64,000 nucleotides of DNA from positions 186,001 to 250,000 of the forward strand of contig JAQGDQ010000174.1 in NCBI GenBank assembly GCA_030141605.1, read 5' to 3'. How positions within the stretch are numbered: position 1 is the first letter of the stretch; each line of letters starts with the position of its first letter. Origin of the DNA: Tubiluchus corallicola (lineage: Eukaryota > Animalia > Priapulida). Both the position numbers and the translations under genes were made by a program. This document shows positions 40,201 through 53,000 of this stretch, piece by piece. The notes under the pieces are model-generated. The model saw only the letters and a list, made by a program, of their open reading frames with translations. It did not search any database and was not told the origin of the DNA.

Positions 40201-43200
40201 CAAGTATTATAGTTTGCACAGGAAAAAATATCATTGACTATTAAACTAGTACCCTTTTCTCGTGCCAAATCAGTTTGATGTTTAGAGCAAAATTTCTTTG
40301 ATGAATCATTCTCAAAATGGTCCGAGTGTTCACACGGTCACTGGAGAAATCATTTTGTCCAGTGAATTTAGTGGGAGCAATCTATCCATTGTTGTCATTG
40401 TGCTGTTGACATCAAGGATTTTCAAGCAAAACAGTTTGAAAATGTTTTCAAACTACTACCTTTCAGGCTGGTTTCAAAACAGTTTGGTAAAAACGGTTTT
40501 ATATGTGCAATGTCAAATGGTTATAAAATACATAAAAAATTTCTGTTGTTTAAAGTTTTAAGTAAAATTCATGTTCTTGGATGAGCTATGATTTTTTGCA
40601 TTTTGTTTCTCGGACTACCAGACATTTTGATTTCTCTTGTTTTTAATATAGTTGATGGCAACTGGGGAGAGTGGTCAGCTTGGACGCAGTGTACATTGTC
40701 CTGTGGGGGAGGACGTCGGCAACGTCATCGATCTTGTGACAATCCTCCGCCTGCTAATAGTGGCTCACCCTGTCCCGGTGATGCCAGTCAAACTGACTAC
40801 TGTAACAACGACATCTGTCCTGGTAGATGGGTTATCATACTTTTTTGCATTTTGATTTGCATGTTACCTGATATTTTTATTTCTCTTATTTTTGATGTAG
40901 TTGATAGCAACTGGGGTTAGTGGTCAGCTTGGAAGCAGTGTTTATGTTTCTTTTATTTCTTTATATGTATGTTTGTATGTTTATAAGTTTCTATTTGTTT
41001 CCCATTTATTTCCATATTTATTCTTTCATTTTCTTCTTAATTCACTCATTCATCCTTTCATTCAGTTATCCTTTCATTCATATTCGCATTCGTCCATCTA
41101 TCCATTCATCTATGTATTTATTTATTTGTTCTTGTGTTTCTTCACTAATCTATTTTCTACGTTCATTTGCTTTTTCTGCTTCTTTTTTTATTCATTTGTT
41201 TGGTTATTTATTCATTTATTCTTTGATTTAGTCCCTCATTTGTTGATATATTTTTACTCTTATTCATTTTTATATAATAATATAAAAATACTATATTTTT
41301 CTAAGTTTCGTTTAAAAAAGTTTCACACTTTGTTTTTAGTACATGGCGCTTGGTCTAGCTGGTCAAATTGGGGCGAGTGCAGTGCTAGCTGTAATGGAGG
41401 ACAACGAAGGAGATTCCGTACGTGTAGCAATCCAGCTCCAACCCATGGAGGCCGTGCGTGCATTGGTTCTGGGCAAAGCACCGACATCTGCAATACTCAA
41501 GATTGCCCCGGTAAGTTCTGTTCTGTTATGGGAACTTCTTGTAGCACTAAAATTTGAGAATTATTTTTAATCTTTAATGATTAATTATGTGTACCAGCCA
41601 CAGCTATGCTCTTGGTTTTATTCATTGACTTGTCTTTTTGAACTGCCCATGTAGGCTTGTCATAGTTAACTTGGTGAATTGGGCAGTTTCATAGAAAAAG
41701 ATCCATTCTCAGCTGTTTTGCCAGATTTTACGCCACATTAAGAATGTAATTTGTGCAAAAAAACTTAATGAAGGCAAATCAAAACATTTACTGTTAGATT
41801 TCTTTTTTTAAAACTATGTTTGATGTATTAAAATTTCTATAGTCCAAAAAATAATAATATCTGTTTTTTCAGCCTATACTTGATAATCTTAGAATAGAGA
41901 TTATTAATAATTATTATGTCAAGGAACTGCTGTATAGGGTGTTCCAGAAGAACCGGTGCAATAGAAATTTGTTGACATGCATATGTTGGAATTTAGAGTA
42001 TACAGTAACAAATTCATATTGTAAATAAATTGGAATTATACAGTTATAACTGTATTAATTTTGTGCTTCTGACTTTTGTGATGTCGTATTGCAGAAGTCC
42101 ATTATGGTCATAATAACAAGTGTTATTTAAAGCATCCAACATTATGGAATTGAATGTGTTTTGGATAACAGGTGGCATTGCTGTCATTTATGTTAATGGC
42201 AGATACTTCCAGTAGTTGCTGTAGACATCTCCTTGATATGTGACCTAATACTCAACCACAATTGTGAATTGGTCAGCATATTTCATTTCTGGAATGCCCT
42301 GTATAATTATTATGTGTTGGAAATTATCATATCTTCACTTTCATTCATTTCAACGAGCTCTCGCATGCTATGCTGCACTGCATTTGGATGACAGTGCATT
42401 TCTTATATTTAGAACTAAACTTTTTTGGATATCGAAAGAATCGGACAAAATCTGGACTGTTAAAAAGTCCCGCATACTACGAACACAGTCCATTGTTTCA
42501 CGAGCTGACCACTAGTTGGCAGGCCGTCACTTTGATAAACCTTGCTTACAAACAAACTGTACTTAACGTGATTGTTCCTAAGTATATATTGCTCAAAAGC
42601 TAAGTAAGATGACACAAAAATAGTTAAAGCTCGTTAGCCTCACAAAAATATCTTATATAAGCTGCAGAAAAATACAGAGTCAATTATGCAAAGTTGTTTG
42701 AGTCAATTACCAACAGTTTTTATATATATAGTTTTGCATACGAGTAGCCTGTACTAGACGTTCTTGAGACAATTAGGCAATTGATTCTATATTACCGTGA
42801 GTCTGATACACGGTGCCTACTGTATTAGCTCAGTATCGGTAAATGCAGACAATTGGCAAATTTGGACCAGCGTATAACTGCTTATGTCATGTAGTTAATT
42901 TCTGCGAAATTATGAAGCCAACTTTCAATTAATAGTAAGCAATTAGATTTTTACTCACCAACATTATATCATTGAACAGTGGATGGTAAGTGGAGCAAGT
43001 GGGGAGAGTGGAGCACCTGCAGTACAACGTGCGGTCGTGGAATTCGTGAACGCACCAGGACTTGTAGCAATCCGGCTCCGCAACATGGCGGACAGGACTG
43101 TCCAGGCGATGAAACTCAAATTGGAAGATGTACTAATCCAGTGTGTGAGGGTAAGTATCATCATGTCATAGCATGTTTGGCTGATTAATTTTTTTAACAT

Positions 43201-46200
43201 GCTATATAATGGTTTACTGGAGTGTAGTGTAGTGCAATAAAATATTTTGGAAAAAAAGTTGCTGTACATTTTTGTGGATTAAATTTGTGACATATGATGT
43301 GTTTCAGACTTGCCCAAAAACATGGTGGGTAATGTGATGGGCACAATTAATGGTGTGGAGTTTGGAGTATCCAAGCTGACAGCTAGACTTAGAAAACAAC
43401 ATGGCAGAATGAGCATTACAGCTAATGTACTCGATATCCCTTCAGATATTGGTAAGTAACATTAAGCTGACAAGCTATTAAAGTCCTATAAAAATAAACA
43501 GCAGGCTGAAATCTGGTTTGCGATCCCCGTTATTATAATTATATTAGCAATGAATATGTTTACAACCGAATTATGATCTAAACAGGATGCAGGAATGGTA
43601 CTGATGATGTTGTTGACCCAAGTTAATCATGTGATTGTCATACAGAAACTATAAAAGCATTATATGCTCGATAGCTCTTTGTATAACATGAGTAGAGTGA
43701 ACCATAAAAGTAGACTGTTACAATTATATCAAGAAAATTTATTTCTATTACACATAATTAGCCTTGATGCTCAATCTAAACTGGCAACACTTCTTTTTGG
43801 TAATTCCTTGCTAAATCACGACCAAATTGTCATTTTGTTTAATATTGTTCAGCATTGCATAGGGTACATCCACGATTTAACTGGTGTGACCATGTTTGAT
43901 ATCTCATTTTCATAGAAATTAACGATTACTTGAAATTGTATTGTTAAACAAAAAGAATTTCATTCTCGTATGTGTATGTTTTCAATTAAGCACTAGAAAT
44001 TACGTAAAGTATATTTGATCAGTGAACAACGGCATACCCAGTTAGCAACAAAGTAAAATATGTTTATTAAAAAAAGAACATGTGGTTCTGGATCATAAGT
44101 AACTATATTTCCATTACAGTCTGATGACCATGAAATTCATAAGTTCTTTCCTGTAGTGTTTATATTCACATACACTGTTATTGTAAATTCTGTAAATGTA
44201 TTTACATACTAGGCAACTGGATGAGAAGTCTAGTGTCGTTGATAACATCATTATACTGGCCTTCAGCGTATGAAATTGGACACGCAGTGAATGGACATAC
44301 GCTCACCGACAGCGTCTTCCGTAAAGTGTCTCAAGTGACTTTTGCAACAGGTATGAGCGGATAATCTTTTTACAGATACTTTTATCACTTGTTTTGAATT
44401 ATTATGGTATCACTCTATTTAATTACATGTATGCTTTGCTGTAAGACATATTAAATTGGGTCACTTTAATGATTAACATTTGTGTTTAGGCGAAATTTTA
44501 ACCATCACGTCCATTGCACAAGGTAAGAATGAGGCTGGAAACCTGGAAGTGGACATCGTTGTCGAGGGGAAGATTCCGTCGTTTTCTGAAGACTCACCAG
44601 TCCTGTTTACTCCATTTACTGAGGATTATGTTCAAACCGGCGAAGGTGAGCCGTGTTAAAGCCGCAGGATATTTGATAAATTTACTAGTGTAGTTGTTTA
44701 ATAGTAGTATATCCAGATAAGTGCATCACATTTTGAAAAAGCATTTCAGTTTTCTGTAAACTTACTTGTCTGTTGTCATAAGAGCGATTTAGACGATCAG
44801 TATTTTTCGTCAAACTAGTTTCTGTGTTTTTGTTTGACAAACAAAGTTTGATAGTATCAAACCATCTTGAATTCATCAAACAAAAACTGACAAACTCAAG
44901 ACTCAACCGCCAGTAGCATCGTTACATCAGCAACAGCAGCTCTCATTACATCATACCGACTGCTCGTTTCATGCGGGGTGGGGAAATTTTGTCATTATTA
45001 ATTGAGCAAGTGTTATAAATATACAATGATCAGCACTGTTGTATGTTGGCTGATATTGGATCCTTTTGGGGTAGAAACAGTGGTGATGCAAAAGAGATTC
45101 TGATTTTGCTGACAATAGGAAAGAAAATTTTGATTTTGCTGTACTGCTTTCTACCAATCAACTAAACAGTTTGCGACAGTACTGTCTATGTGCTATACAG
45201 ACGTTGGTTAGTTAAATTGAACTTCTTGCAATAAACAGTCAAACAACTCAATGTTTAAATGTTTTAAATCAGGCTGTAACTGCTTCTTTCAATTCTTCGT
45301 TGTAGTTATTTTTTCATCCAAACTTTTCTAACTTTATTTCTTCCGATTTCTCCTTTTTTAATCACACAAGCTAACTCTATATAGACAACAAAAGGACATC
45401 TGTATATTGATGTAAAAATTTGACTGACAACTCTTGCTGAATAGTTATTACCAGAGTTTGACAGAATAAAGTTTGATGTCGTCTAAACACATGTCAATTT
45501 TTAGACTGACAGTTTTTGTTAGACAGTTTAAAAACTGATCGTGTAAATGGTACATTATTTGTAACCATTGTGGTAACTATACATACAAAATTGTTCATTT
45601 GAAATGTCAAACCACCATAATTGAATTTCAGGCTCCCTCTACGGATACTCTTCGAGAGTATTCAGGATGAATGGTTACATGCTACCATATGCTTGGAATC
45701 ACACCATTTCTTACAATTCTGAGAAGGGAAAGATGCCCTACCTTGTTGAAAGTTTGTTTGCCACGAACCTGAAAGTGCAGTATCATAAAGAACAGGAGAA
45801 AATGACGTTCCGTGCTTCTGCTGCTATTGGCAAAGGTTGGCATCTAGTAGTTATTAGAGTTTACTGGTCACGTAGCAGTACATTTAAGTTCATTATTTGC
45901 TTTACTTAAACTTTTCAGTAATGCAAAGGAAAATCACAGACTCCGTAGACCTTTTGCCTGATCCTTTTCAGTTTAGGATCGTTTAGGAAAAACTGAGTTT
46001 AAGATTAATTATAAACAAAACAGTATTTTTAAGCTTTTTATATAATCAGATTACATGATGTTTTGAGGAAAAAAGTAAATCTTCTAAGGTAGGAAGAAGT
46101 TACCACATTTAAGCGTTCTTTATGACATTACACCATTTTTTCTTGACAAACCAAATCTTCTAAGGTGGCTGCACCACGTTGACAAGTTTTTATGACAAGT

Positions 46201-49200
46201 GGTCATGATTTGTTGTTTTTACTAATTATGATGATTTGATTTTTTCACAATTTTTACCGCTATCTTCATCTGTTATTTTGGTTTTAACGAAATCGAAAAT
46301 TTGTTGTTCTAGGAGAGCCAAGTAATCAATGCCCAACCGGCTTCTACTTAAATCTTGATGGCCCGTATTGCTTTGATGATAATGAATGTGAGCGGATGGC
46401 TCCATGCAGTCATAAATGTAATAATGTTTTGGGCAGTTATTACTGCTCATGTCCAGTGGGAATGACACTCTCTGCTACTGGAAAATCGTGCGAGGGTATG
46501 TTCATTTTATATGATTGTCATTATGATATCTTGCTGTAAATGTTAGCAAGTAATTTGAAGAAACTTGTTTCTTTAAATGTTACCTTTTTACCTAGTTTAT
46601 AGTAAAAGTTTTGTCATATTGTAAAGAGAGAATATAACATTACTACTGCAGGACATGTATTAGCAAAATCTAATTTTTTTTATAAGCCTGTTTTTATTTA
46701 TTTTTACAAGATTCTGTATAATGCAGTGCCTAACAAAATGTGACTGTATGATCTAAGAAGATAGAAGTTAGCTTGCTTATTTAAATTTACCAGTATTCTT
46801 GGTGAATTTTCAAACTTCAGAAGTGTAATATTTTGGTCATAGTTTTACAATAGACTACACTTAACAGTCGAAAAATTGAAGACGATGTCTAAATTGAACA
46901 CATTAAGTGGTATCATGTTACTTTGATAATCTTTGTACAAATTGCTCTCTACTTGCATTATAAAGAGAGCATTTGAGCATGAAGTGTGCGACGCATTCAG
47001 TAACAGAACCACGCAAACATTTTTATCCACAATATTGCCATACTGATCTTTACAATTATGCTTATTCAAATGTTCATTTAACTGTGAAAAACCTAATCTA
47101 AGGCGATTGTAATGAACACATGCATTGTCTTTAATTGCTCTTCCCCGATTTTCTTTTCTTTTTTATTTAATTTCAATTGATCTGTTTGACCTCGCTTAGA
47201 TCATGTTTTATAGACCTTGTAATAGATGTGTAACAATGAATGAACACATTAGTGAAATAATGTTTATACAAATTTTATATGTCCATTTGTTTTGCCATTA
47301 ACAATAGTGTCTGTTCATTCACGTATAAAAATATTACATATTTTATGCTGCTCTGAAAGGAAAGAAATCACTGCTGTTTATTGCATTGAAGCCTTTACGC
47401 GATGCTCAAGGTACTGCACAAATGATTTTAGAAATATGTTTCAAATTATTTGGATAACTAACTAAATGTTCAGATTATTTCAATTGTACGTTGCATTGCA
47501 TGATTTCTAAGTGCTTTAATGAGCTTCAGTCAGCTCGTGCTTGTTTTACTTATACTATTCTTTTATTGCATTCTAAATAATGAAAAATGATGTAAATTCG
47601 TTTAGATGTGGACGAGTGTAGAACGGGGCAAGGAGAATGCCCCGATGGAACTGAGTGTCTCAATACTCTGGGGTCTTATGAGTGCATAAACCCATGTGAA
47701 CCGGGCTACCGGAGAAAGGGGACGAGCAATTTGTGCTCAGGTTTATGATTGTTTTCCAGTTTTTTGTTTGAGAAGTATAGTTGTTTATTGTTTATTTTGT
47801 ATAATACTGAGTTCAATGCACTAATTGCTTACGCACCGTAATCCATTAAGCGTTTTCACAGTTTCGTTGTGTGCACGTGCAGTTGCTGTAGGTCAAAGGT
47901 TAAGTGTACCACAGCAATGCCCCTTAACTACAACCGTCACGTGACATGTGGGTAAAGCAAAGCTGTCTGCCATTCAGTTCCGTAACTTCAGTTGTTTTAC
48001 GTGGACTTTACTTAATTATACATTAGTGTGTGCATAGAGTGATTTACTAGTAGGATTTTGCTTGAGAACAAGAAAAAATGAATTGGGTAAGGTTCTAGCT
48101 AGCTGTTTAAACTGTTGCTATGTACATTGTGCAATGGCATGGTCTTGTACACAAGTGTGTTGTCTGGTACACTTAACCTTTGACCTTTTTATGATCATTA
48201 TCAATCGCTGGAACCGTGAAAAGGCTTATTGATCACAAAGTGTACCCATTAAGTGGCATATGTGGCAAAATTACACTGACCTTTCTTAAACATTGTTCTG
48301 CCTTAGTCTGGAACTTAATAATGTGAGTTCCATTCTTATCATCTGCATGGGCTTCAATATTTGTTTGTTCATACATCATTTTTCATTCAATCAGTCACTT
48401 ATTCAGTCATTAGCTGATATGTGTTTGCTTTTGTTTTTTATTCATCTGTATATTTATTAGATTTTTGAATTCTGTAGACATTAACGAATGTAGAGAGACA
48501 CCTGAGGTGTGCGAGCATCAGTGTGTGAACACAATAGGCAGTTATCTATGTACATGTTCACCGGGACATAGACTGCTGGATAATGGAAAGTGCATTGGTA
48601 ATTTTTACAATTAAGCTGTTGTTGTCCTCAGTACTAATGAACTAGTGAACTTAACTGAACCAATTTCCTTTAGGTATATTCTGTATACGATATTTACTTT
48701 TTAATCCAATTACGCGCTAGGCAACCTGGGACCTGACAGTGTGAACTTATTGTAAAGTTTTTTAATGGAGAAGATGTAATTCATTATTACCCAACTCATT
48801 ATCAAGGATGGAACTTTTAAGTTGACTTACACTGAAATGGACTGAGGTGTCTTACCCACATTTTGGTGGTTATAGGTGGCAGGTGGAATGACAAATGTGA
48901 CCGCCCAAAAGCAGTTTTCATCGCAGTGACCTATTTTTACCGAGCGGACTCTATGTTGACTAAGCGCACACTGTTATCATTTAGCTGTTCCCCTCATCCT
49001 ATTAATGAAAATTAGTGAAGAACTTCTCTAACCCCAGTTTCTAGATAAATTCTCCAGACGGATTATATCAAAACATTACTGTCAGACTCGATTTGGTTCA
49101 TGCTTTAATCCAGCATACTGAACTCAAACACCAATCAATTCCAGATCTATGCCCATGCAAGTTTTGATTCTAGGGATTATTTAAATGATCGAACTCTAGC

Positions 49201-49918
49201 TGCCTGACTCATAACTCAAATACCATAACATATTTTTGTTAGCAGTTTATGTAACACAATCGAGAAAGCAATGAATGTTGTGTAACAAAAGGGGGAGGAA
49301 CGTGGCTACGGATCACTTCCCTCTGTTGAACACTGATAAGAAGATTAAATAACTTGCAAAGTTCTTCTACAGTCTTTCATCTGCACTTACTACTTATAAT
49401 AACATTTTTTAACCATTTGGGCACAAAAATATCTCTTGATGAACATTGGTGTTGGTGTATATTTGTTAAAAGGCAGAAAAACTTCCAATCGAAGTCTTTT
49501 TGGTGACTTTTCGTGTCACTACCTATAGTCACCATTTCACTGTCTCATTCAACAAGTTTATATTGACAACTTTTGAGCAGCTGTACTCATTTGACAGAAC
49601 AAATGTAAGGTTTTACTAATTTGTGCAGATTCTTGGCTCAAAATTGAAAATATGCATTCACTTTTATATTTATTATTAGACATAGATGAGTGTAGTCTTA
49701 GCAATAAACCATGCAGCCATTTCTGTGAGAATACACAAGGCAGCTACATTTGCTCATGTCCAGATGGTATGGAGCTGCTCAGCAATAGATACTGCAAAGG
49801 TATGATACGTACAGAACAATGACAGTTCCATTTCACATAGCTTTTTAATACGTCACAATTCTCCTATAGATTTGTCAATATCCTATGCATATGTCTGATT
49901 ATGTCTTAATGTGTTTTG

Positions 49919-50008
<90 letters not shown>

Positions 50009-53000
50009 CTTAGGTTTTCTAAATGTGTATTGTAGCTTTTCTTTACTAAAGTTTTCTTTTAGGCTATTTGTCCAGTTTTTTCAAAAACTTTGGGAAATCA
50101 CCTATTTCATTTTTTTAACATGATGTCGAAAAAATCTTTTTGAAAAGTGTGATTGCTAACTTTGTAACTTGATGTACACTTGTTGGAACAAATTAAGTGA
50201 GCACACTCTATCACTTATGAGAATTTTCAATTGTATTTTGTGAATTTAATTAAAATATTTTTGTGCAATCTATGTCAGCGATTATCTCAGGTAACCTATT
50301 TCAGTGATAATATGTTATTTTTAGTCATAGTTTTACGAGGTAGGACTGCATCTTTTTCAGTCATGCTTACCACTATACTGTATTTTCCAGCTTTTCTATA
50401 TAGTTGAATTTTTGTTTTTGGTCAAAAAGTGTTGTTCTTTTTCACAAATTATATTATTTGTCACTTAGTGTTTTTTCTTAAATTTCTTGAAAATACAAAC
50501 ATTACGAACTTTGTTATTCTTATTCATAGATGTAGATGAATGTCGCTCAAACATTCACAAGTGTCCACCCGGTCAGGAATGTCAGAATACTATTGGAGGT
50601 TATGAATGTGTTCGAGTTTGCCCTCCTGGCCTGGTGTTCCATTCAGCCAATGATACCTGCATAGGTGAGAGAGTAATTTCAGATTGTTCTAAATATTAGT
50701 TTTTTTATTTTAACACAGGTAAATTAAAAAACTTGAAAGTGAAAAGTTCAAAATAAACATGCTAGAACACTGAAAATCCACTGTGCAAGTTCAAGCTTTC
50801 CTGCACTCACAGATTGATAGTTTATGTAATGCTCTTATGGTATTTTGCAAAATGAAAATATTTATGTAGCTTGTCAAGAATACTATCACTTAGTATAGAG
50901 CACAAAAGGTACCTTTATTACCTTTCTAGGTTTTTTAAGTATTTTTTCCTATACAATTGTGCAAATTGGTAACCTGCACTGAATAGCAAGGTCTTTTAGC
51001 AAAAGCAGAAGATGCGGACCTAAATAACATCTACCTGAAGGTAAACAGATGAAATTGATCAGGAACGTTTCCCACTAGTCATTATCCATTTGCTAATCAT
51101 GTTCGGTGTAGCTTAACTTCCATCACTATTTACAAGCTGTGGCTATTGAACTGTTCAACTCACTACTGCCCTCACTTATGCTGTTAATATATTCATTATG
51201 TTTTACAGATCAGTTTGAATTTATATGAAATTAGTATATTAACTTTTGTTTGTGTAAATGTGTAAATACGTAAGCAGTGTAAATAGATAGGTATGAATCA
51301 TTAATTGGCAATGATTTTACATATGTATTTACACTTATCAATGTTTATTTATATAAATTTTCATAGCTTTGTAAATACATGGAAAACATATACTTGCAGA
51401 TACGGATGAATGCGCCGAAGGAAAGCATTCATGTCACTACACACAGCATTGTGAGAACACATTCGGCAGTTACCATTGTACATGTCCAAGAGGATACTTT
51501 TCTGCAGGACCAGGACAGCCTTGTAAAGGTATTGTAATTATCGAAAAAAATTATCAAAGTTGCTTAATTGTCAAAAAGATATCGAAGCTGCTTTTATTTT
51601 GAGTGCCATAAATAAATAAATTTTAGCTTTATGATGTATTTTAGCAACAGTTTCGTCCTAAAATATGTGTCTCCAAATTTTACTATTTTAAAGTATTGGA
51701 GCAGTTTCTGGTTTGTTATATACTTCTTTGTAACTGAATAATAACACTAATAAGACTGTAGATGGTGTTATTTGAAACCAAGACCAAGTCGCGAGCCCTC
51801 TGTCACTGACTAACAGTCAGTCATAATAAAAGATTAATGACTTTTTCTATTATATGTGATGCTTATACGGTCAATACAAACCAGAGATGACTTTGAATCT
51901 GCTTGCATGATGTAAAGTATCTGTATAGTAAGAATTTCTCCAATATGTTGAAATTGCTGTAGCATAATTATGAGCAGTAGATTTCCAGCTAAGGGCTTTA
52001 AATATGTCTTATTGTAGATAAAATGGCCACTTTTGACAGGTGTTAGAAAAACCTGTTATATGCAAAAGCACTGTATCACCTTATTTTATTTAGTAAACAA
52101 CTGTATTTCTCTTTAAATTTTTCACTCTCTCTCTCTTAAATGTTACTCTTCAAACTATGAAATCAGAAGTACTAGCAAGTTTATGGTAGAATGTTAAAAA
52201 ATAAGAGAATGAACAGATCAATGAATAAGAGAATGAACAAATTTACTGAATAAGAGAATGAACGAATCAATGAATAAGTGAATGAACAAATTATTGAATA
52301 AGAGAATGAACAAATCAATGAATAAGAGAATGAACAAATTATTGAATAAGAGAATGAACAAATCAATGAATAAGGGAATGAACAAATTATTGAATAAGCG
52401 AATGAACAAATCAATGAATAAGAGAATGATCAGATTATTGAATAAGAGAATGAACAAATCGGTGAATAAGAGAATGAACAAATCAATGAATAAGAGAATG
52501 ATCAGATTATTGAATAAGAGAATGAACAAATCAGTGAATAAGAGAATGAACAAATTATTGAATAAGAGAATGAACAAATCAATGAATAAGAGAATGATCA
52601 GATTATTGAATAAGAGAATGAACAAATCAATGAATAAGAGAATGAACAGATTATTGAATAAGAGAATGAACAAATCAATGAATAAGAGAATGAACAAATT
52701 ATTGAATAAGAGAATGAACAAATCAATGAATAAGAGAATGGACAGATTATTATATAAGAGAATGAACAGATTATTGAATAAGAGAATGAACAAATCAATG
52801 AACAAGAGAATGAACAGATTATTAAATAAGAGAACGAATGTATTATTGAGTAACAGAATAAATAAATGGATGAATGAATGAGTGCACAGATGTGTGAATT
52901 AATACAGAAATATAGTGAAACAGTGAACTTTTTTTGAACGTAATGCTTAAATTTCTTGAATTGGCACATTATTTGTTGTTTGTAAGATATTGATGAGTGC

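Noticed and set aside
40901-41339. Hydrophobic 218-aa ORF suggesting a transmembrane isoform
   Set aside because: T-rich low-complexity intron (ttcat/ttat repeats) running into the TSP1-5 exon; in the phase-1 frame of the 40900 acceptor there is a stop at 40918.
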